Shown here: positions 1 to 17,798 of the stretch, piece after piece
How the letters are laid out: each line of letters begins with the position of its first letter
How positions within the stretch are numbered: the first letter of the stretch is position 1
Assembly (NCBI GenBank): GCA_028826165.1
Contig: JAPDFW010000089.1
Coordinates: forward strand, 62,001-126,000
Length of the DNA stretch: 64,000 bases
Origin: Anaeramoeba ignava BMAN
Lineage: Eukaryota > Protista > Anaeramoebae
Reading direction: 5' to 3'
The notes under the pieces: generated by a model
Seen by the model: the letters and a program-made list of their open reading frames with translations, nothing else
Database searches by the model: none
What the model was told of the DNA's origin: nothing
Position numbers and translations under genes: made by a program

Positions 1-2393
1 TCAATTTTGAAACAATGGAAATAAGAAATGAAATTTATGAAAAAATCCAAAATCACAAATTAACAAATATTAATTTATCCATGTTTAATTATTTTGGAAA
101 TGAACCAACAAAATGGATCGAAAAAACACAAATCACAAATCAATGGAAAGAAAAAAAATTGTCGAATTTTGAATATCTTATGTATCTGAACACAATATCA
201 GGAAGAACATATCAAGATCTTTCACAATATCCGATTTTTCCATGGATTATTTCTGATTATGAATCCGAAACATTAGATCTTAATAATCCAAAAACATTTA
301 GAGATTTATCAAAGCCTCTTGGATTTTTGAATAATAAAATAACAATTTATTTTGAAAAATATGAATTAAACGGAAAAGAAAAAGAAAAGGAATATAATTA
401 TAAACAATTTTATTCAAATCCAGAAATTGTTTCATTTTATTTGATGAGATTAGAACCATTTAAGTCAATTTGTCTGAAAGAAAAGTATCCAATTTTCAAA
501 TCAATTCCAGAAACATGGAAAATAATCAAAGAAAGTCAAGAAGATTTTTTTGGAGAACTTATTCCAGAATTTTTCCATTTACCAGATTTTTTAAGGAATC
601 CAAAAATATTTAGAAATGGAAATGAAAATCAAAATGAAATTCAAAATGAAATTCAAAATGAAAATCAAAATGAAAATCAAAATCAAAATCAAAATCAAAA
701 TCAAAATCAAAATCAAAATCAAAATCAAAATCAAAATCAAAATGAAAATCAAAATCAAATCAAATCAAAATCAAAATCAAAATCAAAATCAAAATCAAAA
801 TCAAAATCAAAATCAAAATCAAATTCAAAATGAAAATCAAAATCAAAATCAAAATCAAAATCAAAATCAAATCAAAATGAAAATCAAAATGAAAATCAAA
901 ATGAAAATCAAATTCAAAATCAAATTCAAAATCAAAATCAAAATCAAAATCAAATTCAAATTCAAATTCAAAATCAAAATCAAATTCAAAATCAAAATCA
1001 AATTCAAAATGAAAATCAAATTCAAATTCAAAATGTTCAACTTCCAAAATGGGCTAAAACACCAGAAGAATTTATTCAAATACATAAAGAAGCACTTGAA
1101 TCAGGATATGTTTCAGAACATCTTGATGAATGGATTGACTTGATATTTGGATATAAACAAAAAGGAAAAGAAGCTAAAAATTCATACAATTCATTTCATC
1201 CAAATTTATATGAAGAAAATATTCGTTTTTCAAAATTGAAAGATAAAACAGAAACAGAAATACAAAGAAAAGGACAAATCCCAATTCAGTTATTTAAACA
1301 AAAACACCCAAAAAGAATAACAAAAAGAGAAATTGAACAGAAATCTTTTTCATCTTCTTTCTCATTATTTGAATGGAAAAATGTTTTACCATCAAATAAG
1401 AGATTGGGTTTACAAAGTCAATATTTGAAGATCAGTTCAAATCCAATTATATTTACATATTTTCAAGAGACGATTGATTTAATGTTAGTTATGGGAAGTG
1501 TTAATAAAATTGTTGCAATCGATAAAGAAGGAAATATTGCAAAATATACATTTTATTTAAATGATCCAAATCCAAAAAATCCCAAATTTGTTTGTGAAAT
1601 TGATAAAAAAATTGAAGCTAAAATTGGAGTTTCATTTCCAGAGGATTTCAATAATTTCCAAGGATTTTCAACATTGATTAGAAATTTGAAATATTTGATT
1701 TCTTGTGGATTTAATGATAATAGTTTTAAAATGATTGATATTGAAAATTCCAAAATTATTCAAATTATTTCCAAACATCAAGATATTGTGAATTGTTTAT
1801 CACTTGATTCCAAATATTTTGTTACAGGATCCAAAGATACAACAGTTATTGTTTGGGAATTTGATTTAAATGAAGAAAAAGTGAAAGAAAATCCAAAATA
1901 TATTTTTTTTGAACATGAAAAAGAAGTGAAAAGTGTTGCAATATCAGCTGAATATGATGTTGTTTTAAGTGGATCTATTGATGGGGAATTGATATTTCAT
2001 TCATTAAACAAAGGAAAATATATTCAATCAATGATTTTATCAGATCATCAACCAATTTCAATTATCAAAATTAGTAAAGAAGGAAATATTATTACATTTT
2101 CAGAAAATTCCAATATTTTAAGATTATTTACAATTAATGGATATTTGATAAAAGAAGTTCAATCTTCACAAAATATTTATTCAATTTCAATTACTCAAGA
2201 CTCAAATTTTATCTTTTTAGGTGGAGAAAAAGGAATTCTTGAAATTAGAAAGTTATTTAATTTAAAAATGATCCAAAAATTTAATTTAAAAGAAAAAATT
2301 TATTCAATTTCAATTATTGAAAAAGGATTTTTAATTATTATTGGATTAGGAAATGGAGTAATAAAAATAGGAAATTTTATTGAAAGAAATTGA
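1..2393 (+). CDS. BEACH-domain/WD40 protein (neurobeachin/Lvs-like), 5'-truncated by the window edge
   Basis: BEACH motifs SNFEYLMYLNTISGRTYQDLSQYPIFPWII, FRDLSKP, ELIPEFF and VQLPKWAKTPEEFI...EALES.YVSEHLDEWIDLIFGYKQKG, followed by WD40 repeats (VTGSKDTTVIVW). ORFs 15..833 and 1140..2393 share a frame and are separated by compensating indels in an (AAAATC)n coding microsatellite. Confidence 0.9.
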
Positions 2394-2473
2394 AATTAAA
2401 ATTAAAATCAAAATCAAAATCTAAAATTAAAATAAAAATTAATTTTTCATTTTTCATTTTTTTCATTTCAAAA

Positions 2474-4267
2474 ATGAATGAAATTATATTTTTTGGTGAA
2501 AATAATCTTGGTTTCTGTTTCAAAAATGAACCAAATAAAATAACAAAACCAATTCTAATTCCAATTAAATTTGAAAATGAAAATGAAAATGAAAATGAAA
2601 ATGAAAAACAAATTAAACAAATTTCTTCTTCAATTTATTCAACAATTTTCCTTTTTAAAAATGGAAAAGCAATAGAATATTTAAATAAAAATGATTCAAA
2701 TGAAAATCCTAAAAAAATCCAAATTGAAAATATTCAAAAAGTATCAAGCAATTTCGATAACAGAGCAATTTTAACAAAAGAAGGAAATGTATTTGCCAAA
2801 GGAAGAAATATTAATCCATATAATCCAAAAGAATTTATCAATATTTCATCATTAATTGAAGATACAAATGATAGAGTAATTGAAGATATTGTTTCTGGTG
2901 GAAGTTCAATTTACTTATTAACTTCAAATCAAAATGCTTATGGAATTGGTTCAAATGAAAAAGGTCAACTTGGTTTAGATTCTGGTTCACTTAAAAAAAC
3001 AGAAAAACCAATTTTAATGATGAAAAATGTTTCTAAAATATTTTCAGGAAATGCTTCAAAACATGTTTTTCTTTTAAATTCAAATCAAGAATTATTTGGA
3101 TGCGGATATAACGATGATGGTCAACTTGGATTAGGAGAATCAAGAAAAGAAGAAACACAAATCAAAAATTAACCAAAATACAAAATATTCCAAAAGGCAA
3201 AATAATTGATATTCAATGTGGAAGTTTTCATTCAGTAATGTTGATTGAAAATGAAAACCGAAATACAAAAAGAAAACTTTATTCATGTGGAAGATATTTT
3301 TTTAATGGACTTGGCAAATATGGAAATGAAAATATTTATGAATTTACTGAAATTAAATCATCTTTATTTGAAAATGATGATATTCTTGATTTTTCTGTTG
3401 GAAATTTCCATACTTTGATTTTAACTTACAATTCAAAATTAATTAGGATTTGGAAGTAATTATTCTGGTCAATTAGGAACTGGAGATACAAATGATCAAT
3501 TAATTCCAATTCAAATTGAACTTCCTAAATTAAGATTTAATGAAAATATTTCTAATTATCATGTTTCTTGTGGTTATTGGAATAATTCATTTCTTTATTA
3601 TTCTCCTCCTTCTTTTTCCAATCTTGAAGAAGATTTGATAAAATTATTTAGAAGAAAAGAATTTTGTAATATTTCATTTAAAACAGAAAATGGAGAAATA
3701 ATCAAAGCTCATAAATTAATATTGAAATATAGATTAGATCAAAATCAAGATGAAAATCAAAATGAAAAACTTAAAGAAATTATTTCAAAAAAATCAATTA
3801 AAGAATCCAATCAAATATTTGAAATGATTTATTCAAACAGAATTATAAATCCAAAATTATATTCTGAAATTAAAGAAATTATAAATTCAAATGAAAAAAT
3901 AGAAGAAACAATGAAAAGAATTTATTTAAATGAAAATGAAAATGAAAAAGATTTTATAATTGAAAGAAAAGAAAAACAATATAAATTTCCTAAATTAATA
4001 TTAATAATGAGAAGTGAATTATATCGAGGAATGTTTTTATCTGTAACTGAAGATAAATCTAATAAAGTTACAGATTATAGTGAATTAAGTAATAAATCAT
4101 TTCAAATATTTGAATATTGGATTTATTCAAATAAAATCAAAGATGGAATTCAAATTACACAAGAAATAATTGAAGAAATTCAAATTGGAATTGATTATTT
4201 TCAATTAAATCAAACAAATCCAAATTTATTTGATTTATTAATTAAAAAATTTAATAATCAAAATTAA
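2474..4267 (+). CDS. RCC1-repeat + BTB/POZ protein, tandem copy 1 (two frameshifts; pseudogene or assembly error)
   Basis: Near-identical to 4349..6157, with RCC1 GxNxxGQLG repeats and C-terminal BTB-like segments (KAHKLIL, RSELYRGMF). There is a -1 A at ~3165 and a +1 at ~3445 relative to copy 2. Confidence 0.85.
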
Positions 4268-4348
4268 AATTAAAATTAAAATCAAAATCAAAATTAAAAT
4301 TAAAATTAAAATTCCAAAATTATTTTTTTCATTTTTTTCATTTCAAAA

Positions 4349-6157
4349 ATGAATGAAATTATATTTTTTGGTGAAAATAATCTTGGTTTCTGTTTCAAAA
4401 ATGAACCAAATAAAATAACAAAACCAATTCTAATTCCAATTAAATTTGAAAATGAAAATGAAAATGAAAATGAAAATGAAAATGAAAAACAAATTAAACA
4501 AATTTCTTCTTCAATTTATTCAACAATTTTCCTTTTTAAAAATGGAAAAGCAATAGAATATTTAAATAAAAATGATTCAAATGAAAATCCTAAAAAAATC
4601 CAAATTGAAAATATTCAAAAAGTATCAAGCAATTTCGATAACAGAGCAATTTTAACAATAGAAGGAAATGTATTCGCCAAAGGAAAAGATATTTATACAA
4701 AAAATCCAAAAGAATTTATCAATATTTCATCATTAATTGAAGATACAAATGATAGAGTAATTGAAGATATTGTTTCTGGTGGAAGTTCAATTTACTTATT
4801 AACTTCAAATCAAAATGCTTATGGAATTGGTTCAAATGAAAAAGGTCAACTTGGTTTAGATTCTGGTTCACTTAAAAAAACAGAAAAACCAATTTTAATG
4901 ATGAAAAATGTTTCTAAAATATTTTCAGGAAATGCTTCAAAACATGTTTTTCTTTTAAATTCAAATCAAGAATTATTTGGATGCGGATATAATGATGATG
5001 GTCAACTTGGATTAGGAGAATCAAGAAAAGAAGAAACACAAATCAAAAAATTAACCAAAATACAAAATATTCCAAAAGGCAAAATAATTGATATTCAATG
5101 TGGAAATTGGCATTCAGTAATGTTGATTGAAAATGAAAATGAAAACCGAAATCCAAAAAGAAAACTTTATTCATGTGGTTATTATGAATATAGTGGACTT
5201 GGCAAATATGGAAATGAAAATATTTATGAATTTACTGAAATTAAATCATCTTTATTTGAAAATGATGATATTCTTGATTTTTCTGTTGGAAATTTTCATA
5301 CTTTGATTTTAACTTACAATTCAAAATTAATTGGATTTGGAAGTAATCATTTTGGTCAATTAGGATTTAAAGATACAGAAACACAATTAATTCCAATTCA
5401 AATTGAACTTCCTAAATTAAGATTTAATGAAAATATTTCTAATTATCATGTTTCTTGTGGTTATTGGAATAATTCATTTCTTTATTATTCTCCTCCTTCT
5501 TTTTCCAATCTTGAAGAAGATTTGATAAAATTATTTAGAAGAAAAGAATTTTGTGATATTCCATTTAAAACAGAAAATGGAGAAATAATCAAAGCTCATA
5601 AATTAATATTGAAATATAGATTAGATCAAAATCAAGATGAAAATCAAATTGAAAAACTTAAAGAAATTATTTCAAAAAAATCAATTCAAGAATCAAATCA
5701 AATATTTGAAATGATTTATTCAAATAATTCCAAAATAAATCTAAAATTATATTGTGAAATTAAAGAAATTTTAAATTCAAATGAAAAAATTGAAGAAACA
5801 ATGAAAAGAATTTATTTAAATGAAAATGAAAATGAAAAAGATTTTATAATTGAAAGAAAAGAAAAACAATATAAATTTCCAAAATTAATATTAATAATGA
5901 GAAGTGAATTATATCGAGGAATGTTTTTATCTGTAACAGAAGATAAATCAAATAAAGTTACAGATTATAGTGAATTAAGTAATAAATCATTTCAAATATT
6001 TGAATATTGGATTTATTCAAATCAAATTAAAGATGGAATTCAAATTACACAAGAAATAATTGATGAATTAGAAAGAGGAATTGATTATTTTCAATTAAAT
6101 CAAACAAATCCAAATTTATTTGATTTATTAATTAAAAAATTTAATAATCAAAATTAA
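4349..6157 (+). CDS. RCC1-repeat + BTB/POZ protein, tandem copy 2 (intact, 602 aa)
   Basis: Repeated GSNEKGQLG, GYNDDGQLG and GSNHFGQLG motifs; BTB-like FCDIPFKTENGEIIKAHKLILKYR and KDFIIERKEKQYKFPKLILIMRSELYRGMF. Confidence 0.88.
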   Translation: MNEIIFFGENNLGFCFKNEPNKITKPILIPIKFENENENENENENEKQIKQISSSIYSTIFLFKNGKAIEYLNKNDSNENPKKIQIENIQKVSSNFDNRAILTIEGNVFAKGKDIYTKNPKEFINISSLIEDTNDRVIEDIVSGGSSIYLLTSNQNAYGIGSNEKGQLGLDSGSLKKTEKPILMMKNVSKIFSGNASKHVFLLNSNQELFGCGYNDDGQLGLGESRKEETQIKKLTKIQNIPKGKIIDIQCGNWHSVMLIENENENRNPKRKLYSCGYYEYSGLGKYGNENIYEFTEIKSSLFENDDILDFSVGNFHTLILTYNSKLIGFGSNHFGQLGFKDTETQLIPIQIELPKLRFNENISNYHVSCGYWNNSFLYYSPPSFSNLEEDLIKLFRRKEFCDIPFKTENGEIIKAHKLILKYRLDQNQDENQIEKLKEIISKKSIQESNQIFEMIYSNNSKINLKLYCEIKEILNSNEKIEETMKRIYLNENENEKDFIIERKEKQYKFPKLILIMRSELYRGMFLSVTEDKSNKVTDYSELSNKSFQIFEYWIYSNQIKDGIQITQEIIDELERGIDYFQLNQTNPNLFDLLIKKFNNQN

Positions 6158-6195
6158 AATTAAAATTAAAATTTTTTTTCATTTTTATTAAAAAA

Positions 6196-7089
6196 TCAAA
6201 CAAAATAAACCTCAATTTCCTTCACAACAAAACTTGAAGAGCCAACTAAAAAATTTTTTTGAATATCTTGACCTAAATATTTTTGAGGAAAACCAGTTCT
6301 TCCCGATTCCATTTTAATCAATATTTCAAAATCAGATAAAACAGTATAACCACGAAATCTTGTGTAACCGAAAGTAGGGCCACGATTTTCTGAATGTTGA
6401 AGTGCATAACCAGCAAATTGAGGATTAATAGGAAAACAAACAGGATCTGAATTACTTGGATTTTTCAATGAGAAAATAAAAGCTTTTTTATCCTTAACTC
6501 GATATCCTTCTCGATTACTTGGAAGTTTATAACATTTCCCACTTTGTAATCCCCATCCTATTGTTGTAAATCCTCCAAAAATAAAATCCTCAATCGTTTC
6601 AATAATAACTAATGTTTTTCCTTTATTATCACAAATCTCATGAAATTTTTCAGCTGAAAAATCATATTCAGAAGCAAAAAATCCCAATTTCATTGAAGAT
6701 ATAAATTGAGGATCTTTAATATTATCAATCAAAAAAGTTTTCTGAGTTTCTTCTTTTAAAATGGTTGATTTTTCAAATGGATTTGTATTTAAATTTTCAT
6801 TTGAATTTTCATTTGAATTTTCGTTAAAATTTTCATTTGAATTTTCGTTAAAATTTTCATTTAAATTTTCATTTAAATTTTTATGTTCGTTGGAAATAAT
6901 TAATTGATCAAGTTTTAAGAGGTTTTCTTGTTGTTCTCTTACTTTTTGTTGAAATAAAATTGCTTCTTTTTGAATTTTTTGAATTGATGAAGTTAAATCA
7001 TTAAATTCTTTTACAAGTTTATTGGAATGAAGAACTAATTGTGGGAAAGAAAGTCTTGAAATCATTTGTTTGATAAGAAAAGTGCTCAT
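6196..7089 (-). CDS. Coiled-coil + TLDc-domain protein
   Basis: TLDc motifs FSAEKFHEICDNKGKTLVII, FIFGGFT, AFIFSLKN, GPTFG and a terminal FVVKEIEVY. Confidence 0.88.
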   Translation of the reverse strand: MSTFLIKQMISRLSFPQLVLHSNKLVKEFNDLTSSIQKIQKEAILFQQKVREQQENLLKLDQLIISNEHKNLNENLNENFNENSNENFNENSNENSNENLNTNPFEKSTILKEETQKTFLIDNIKDPQFISSMKLGFFASEYDFSAEKFHEICDNKGKTLVIIETIEDFIFGGFTTIGWGLQSGKCYKLPSNREGYRVKDKKAFIFSLKNPSNSDPVCFPINPQFAGYALQHSENRGPTFGYTRFRGYTVLSDFEILIKMESGRTGFPQKYLGQDIQKNFLVGSSSFVVKEIEVYFV

Positions 7090-7361
7090 TTTTTATTTAT
7101 TTTTATTAATGAATAAAATTGAAAAAAAAAATGAAAAAAAATATCAAAATTTTTTTTCAATTTTCTTAAATGATCCAAAAAATTAAAAAATTAAATTAAA
7201 AAATTAATTTCTTTTCTTTTCCTTTTTTTTAAAAGAAAAAAAGGCTGAACCCATAAATTTTTATTGATAATAATGTCACAAATCAAACAAAAAAAAAAGA
7301 AGAAGAAGAACAAGATTTGATTTGAGAAAAAAAATTTTTTAATAATTCACAATTTCCAAAT

Positions 7362-9507
7362 CTAAAAGTTTGTTTTAAAATGTTGATTAGAAGGATGATT
7401 TTGAAAACGGAAATATGAAAGAATATTTAAAAAAGCCTATTTGAATTTGAATTTAAATTTAAATTTATAATTATTATTTTTGTTTTTTTTTTTTGATTAA
7501 TTTTCTTTTACAATTCCAACAAATAAAAGAACTCCAATATTTATGAATCCAACAAAAATGACAGAAATTGGATCTTCTTTAACTTTTGTTGAGATTCTAA
7601 CCAATATTGCACAAATTGTCCAAATAACGAAACAAGCTAATCCAACAACAAGAAAAGAATCTTTTTTTTTTTCCATTTTTTTTTTGATGAAAGAAAAAAT
7701 ATTTAAATCAATATTAAATATTTAAATCAATATTATATATTTAAATCAATATTAAATATTTAAATCAATATTAAATATTTAAATCAATATTATATATTTA
7801 AATCAATATTATATATTTAAATCAATATTATATATTTAAATCAATATTATATATTTAAATCAATATTATATATTTAAATCAATATTATATATTTAAATCA
7901 ATATTATATATTTAAATCAATATTATATATTTAAATCAATATTATATATTTAAATCAATATTATATATTTAAATCAATATTATATATTTAAATCAATATT
8001 AAATATTTAAATCAATATTAAATATTTAAATCAATATTAAATATTTAAATCAATATTATATATTTAAATCAATATTAAATATTTAAATCAATATTAAATA
8101 TTTAAATCAATATTAAATATTTAAATCAATATTAAATATTTAAATCAATATTAAATATAAATATTTAAATCAATATTAAATATTTAAATCAATATTAAAT
8201 ATTTAAATCAAATATTAAAATTTTAAATCAATATTAAATATTTAAATCAATATAAATATTTTTAAAATATTTAAATTTAAATAATATTAAATATTTTCAA
8301 AATAAATATTTAAATCAATATTAAATATTTAAATCAATATTAAATATTTTAAATCAATATTAAATATTTAAATCAATATTAAATATTTAAAAATATTTAT
8401 TTTAAATCAATATTAAATATTTAAATCAATATTAAATATTTAAATCAATATTAAATATTTAAATCAATATTAAATATTTAAATCAATATTAAATATTTAA
8501 AATCAATATTAAATATTTAAATATTTAAAAATCAATATTTAAATATTTAAATCAATATTATATATTTAAATCAATATTATATATTTAAATCAAATATTAT
8601 ATATTTAAATCAATATTATATATTTAAATCAATATTAAATATTTAAATTATTATATATTTAAAAATATTTAAATAAAAATTATATATTTAAATAAATATT
8701 AAATATTTAAATCAATATTAAATATTTAAATCAATTATATATTTAAATAAATTATATATTTAAATCAATATTAAATATTTTAATTATTATATATTTAAAT
8801 CAATATTATATATTTAAATCAATATTATATATTTAAATCAATATTATATATTTAAATCAACATATATTTAAATCAATATTATATATTTAAATCAATATTA
8901 TATATTTAAATCAATATTAAATATATTTAAATCAATATTAAATATTTAAATCAATATTAAATATTTAAATCAATAGTTAAATATTTTAAATCAATATATA
9001 TATTTAAATTTAAATATTTAAATCAATATTATATATTTAAATCAATATTATATATTTAAATTTTATATTTAAATCAAATATATATATTTAAATAAAATAT
9101 TTAGTACAATTTGGAATAAATTTAAAATCAATTTAAATTCAATTTATTTTAAATAAAATATTAAGTACAATTTACAATTTGGAATAAATTTAAATTCAAT
9201 TTAAATTCAAATTAAATTCAATTATTTTAAATAAAAATATTTAGTACAAATTAAATTCAATTATTTTAAATAAAATATTTAGTACAATTTGGAATAAATT
9301 TAAAATCAATTTAAATTCAATTTAAATTCAATTTAAATTCAATTATTTTAAATAAAATATTTAGTAAAATTTAAATTCAATTTATTCAAATTAAAAAATT
9401 CAAAAAGAAAAATAAAATATTTAAAAAAAAATTCATTAAAATTCAAAATTAAAAAGAAAAAATAAAAGAAAATAAAAGAAAAAAGCAAATTTACCTGAAT
9501 GCATCAT
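7362..9507 (-). CDS. Small 3-exon, two-TM membrane protein (78 aa), function unknown
   Basis: Exons 9507-9495, 7660-7512 and 7436-7362 join in phase through GT-AG introns to give MMHSDSFLVVGLACFVIWTICAILVRISTKVKEDPISVIFVGFINIGVLLFVGIAFLNILSYFRFQNHPSNQHFKTNF*. Confidence 0.65.
7700..9090. repeat. Intronic satellite, 19-bp unit TTTAAATCAATATTA(T/A)ATA
   Basis: Tandem array read directly from the sequence, inside the 1.8-kb first intron of the 78-aa gene. Confidence 0.9.
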
Positions 9508-9723
9508 TTCAGAATAACAGAAATCAAAAAATCAAACCAAAAAATCAAAAAATAAAAAAATAAAAAAAAACGAAATTAAAATTAAAAAAAATGAGATTAA
9601 AAATAAATGGAATTTTTTTTTTTGTTGAAATAATAAATTTTTTTTTGGTAAAATTGTTATAAATTTTTTGATTTTTAAAAATAAATAAGAATAAAGATTT
9701 CGATTTTTTTGTTTCTTTTGTTT

Positions 9724-10275
9724 TTTATTTTTATTTTTCTTATTTAAAATTAAAGATCAAAAAAATATTTATAATTTTAATAAAATCTTTCAAATATAAA
9801 CAGATATTTAATTTTATTTTTATAATTTTAAGTTTATTTTTATTTTTATTATTTAAAATTAAAGATCAAAAAAATATTTATAATTTTAATAAAATCTTTC
9901 AAATATAAACAGATATTTAAATTTATTTTTATAATTTCAAGATTATTTTTATTTTTATTATTTAAAATTAAAGATCAAAAATATTTATAATTTTAATAAA
10001 ATCTTTCAAATATAAACAGATATTTAAATTTTATAATTTCAAGATTATTTTTATTTTTATTATTTAAAATTAAGATCAAAAATATTTATAATTTTAATAA
10101 AATCTTTCAAATATAAACAGATATTTAAATTTATTTTTATAATTTTAAGTTTATTTTTATTTTTCTTATTTAAAATTAAAGATCAAAAAAATATTTATAA
10201 TTTTAATAAAATCTTTCAAATATAAACAGATATTTAATTTTATTTTTATAATTTTAAGTTTATTTTTATTTTTAT
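9724..10275. repeat. Intergenic tandem repeat, ~115-120-bp unit, ~4-5 copies
   Basis: The unit ttatttaaaattaaagatcaaaa...aaaatctttcaaatataaacagatattt recurs between two divergent genes. Confidence 0.9.
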
Positions 10276-10578
10276 TAATTATTTTTATTTGATTTAAATA
10301 GCAAAAAAAAATAACGAAAAAAAAAAAAGAAAAGATTTAATAAATAAATAAATAAATAAATTAATTGAGGGCAATAAAAGAAAAAATAAAAGAAAAAAAC
10401 TGTTTTTAATTTAATTTTATTTTAATTTAATTTATTTTGATCATTTTTCTCCTTTTTTTTTTCATTTTTTTTCTTTTATTTTTTTTCTTTTATTTTTCTT
10501 TTATTTTCTTTCGTGTTTTTTTATTTTTATTTTTATTCGTATTATTCTTATTGCTATTTTAAAATTTTTAAAAAAAAA

Positions 10579-14956
<4,378 letters not shown>

Positions 14957-15247
14957 ATGAATTTATTTGTTCTAAAATGAATTTATATTGATTATCATTT
15001 AAAAGTATATAATTTGAATTATATTTATAATTTGAATTTAAAATTTAAAATTTAAAATTTTTTCAACTTTTTTTTTTTTAAAAATTTATAAAAAATGAAA
15101 ATTGAATTTTGATTTCTTTTTCTTTTTTTTTAGAAAAGAAAATTAAAGCAAAAAAAAAATATCAGGTTTTTTAGAATTTCCTGATTTTTTTTTAAAAAAA
15201 TAAAATTAAAAAAAATTTTTTCATTTTTTTTTTCATTTTTTTAATAA

Positions 15248-17556
15248 ATGCTTGATTTGGAAGAATTTCAATTATATTCTTGTAGTAGATTATTTGACCC
15301 ACCATTAATTATGACTGGAATGGATGGTTCTACACCTCCAGAACCACCTTCTTATGTTCGACAATCAAACACAAAAGTAAAAACAAAAATAAATAATAAA
15401 AATAAAAAATAAAAATAAAAATAAAAACAAATTGATTTTTCTCAAGTCAAATTTACTTCGAAAATAAATCCCAATTGGAATTAGGCTTTACAAGAAAAAC
15501 CTAAGCCTTCTGTTGTTAGCATTATGACTAAGTTCGTTAATTCTGTCGAATCTGTTTTTGATGGCAAAAATCAATTTGATGGAAATTCAACTTTGAAACA
15601 ATTAGAAAAAATTTTTAAAGGAAATAAAGAAAATGAAGAGAATTTTATTTATGAATGGCTCAAACAAAATAAGCCAAATTTATTACATTATTTTACTCAA
15701 GATCCAAATACAATATTAGCAAATTTATTAATGGATTTATTAAGATATTTTGATTTTATTGAGCCACCTTTTGGTAAATCAATTTTAAATCAATTTTAAA
15801 TCAATTTTAAATCAATTTTAAATCAATTTTAAATCAATTTTAAATCAATTTTAAATCAATTTTAAATCAATTTTATATCAATTTTAAATCAATTTTAAAT
15901 CAATTTTAAATCAATTTTAAATCAATTTTATATCAATTTTAAATCAATTTTATATCAATTTTATATCAATTTTAAATCAATTTTATATCAATTTTATATC
16001 AATTTTATATCAATTTTATATCAATTTTAAATCAATTTTATATCAATTTTAAATCAATTTTATATTAATTTTATATCAATTTGTCAATTTTAAATCAATT
16101 TTATATCAATTTTATATCAATTTTAAATCAATTTTATATCAATTTTAAATCAATTTTATATCAATTTTAAATCAATTTTAAATCAATTTTAAATCAATTT
16201 TAAATCAATTTTATATCAATTTTAAATCAATTTTAAATCAATTTTAAATCAATTTTAAATCAATTTTATATCAATTTTATATCAATTTTATATCAATTTT
16301 AAATCAATTTTATATCAATTTTAAATCAATTTTAAATCAATTTTAATCAATTTTAAATCAAATTTAAATCAATTTTTAAATCAATTTAAATCAATTTTAA
16401 ATCATCAATTTTTTATATCAATTTTTATATCAATTTTATATTAATTTTAAATCAATTTTAATCAATTTTAAATCAATTTTATATTAATTTTAAATCAATT
16501 TTAAATCAATTTTAAATCAATTTTAAATCAATTTTATATCAATTTTATATCAATTTTAAATCAATTTTATATCAATTTTTATATCAATTTTATATCAATT
16601 TTTATATTAATTTTAAATCAATTTTAAATCAATTTTAAATCAAATTTAAATCAATTTTAAATCAAATTTAAATCAATTTTAAATCAATATTAAATCAATT
16701 TTTATATCAATTTTATATCAATTTTATATTAATTTTAAATTAATTTTATATCAATTTTAAATCAATTTTATATCAATTTTATATCAATTTTAAATTAATT
16801 TTAAATCAATTTTAAATCAATTTTATATCAATTTTAAATCAATTTTTATATTAATTTTAAATCAATTTTAAATCAATTTTAAATCAATTTTAAATCAATT
16901 TTTATATCAATTTTATATCAATTTTAAATCAATTTTTATATCAATTTTAAATCAATTTTAAATCAATTTTAAATCAATTTTAAATCAATTTTAAATCAAT
17001 TTTAAATCAATTTTAAATCAATTTTATATTAATTTTAAATCAATTTTATATTAATTTTATATCAATTTTAAATCAATTTTATATCAATTTTATATCAATT
17101 TTATATTAATTTTAAATCAATTTTAAATCAATTTTAAATCAATTTTAAATCAATTTTAAATCAATTTTAAATCAATTTTAAATTAATTTTATATCAATTT
17201 TAAATCAAATTTAAATCAATTTTAAATTAATTTTATATCAATTTTAAATCAATTTTAAATCAATTTTAAATCAATTTTAAATCAATTTTAAATCAATTTT
17301 AAATCAATTTTAAATCAATTTTAAATCAATTTTAAATCAATTTTATATCAAATTTATATCAATTTTAAATCAATTTTAAATCAATTTTAAATCAATTTTA
17401 AATCAATTTTATATTAATTTTAAATCTAAATTTAAAATTATTTTGATCAAAATTTTAGCTCAAGAACAAACAGCATTTCTTGCAGAAACTCAAGGAGAAA
17501 GATTAAAACCAAAAAAAAGTAAATCAAGAATTGCAAGAAGACCAAGAAGAAAATAA
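15248..17556 (+). CDS. Hypothetical 3-exon protein with a basic C-terminal tail
   Basis: MLDLEEFQLYSCSRLFDPPLIMTG...SNTK | ALQEKPKP...FDFIEPPF | AQEQTAFLAELQGERLKPKKSKSRIARRPRRK*, with GT-AG junctions in phase. No family recognised. Confidence 0.65.
15776..17425. repeat. Intronic satellite, 11-bp unit A(A/T)ATCAATTTT
   Basis: Tandem array of ~1.65 kb read directly. Confidence 0.9.
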
Positions 17557-17798
17557 ATAATTAATTAATTCATCAAATTGTTTCTTTTCTTTTCTTTTCT
17601 TTTCTTTTTTGGATTTTTCTTTTTCTTCTTTTTTCTTTTCTCTTTTGAAACAGGTTAAATAATGAACAAGAAATTATTATTTTTGTTTCTTTTTTTTTTT
17701 TTGATTTTCGATTTTATGAAAAAATTTTTTTTTCCAATTCATTATTTCATTTTTTTTTTTTTCAAATTCTTTCTCTTTTCTTTTTTTAAAAAAAAAAA

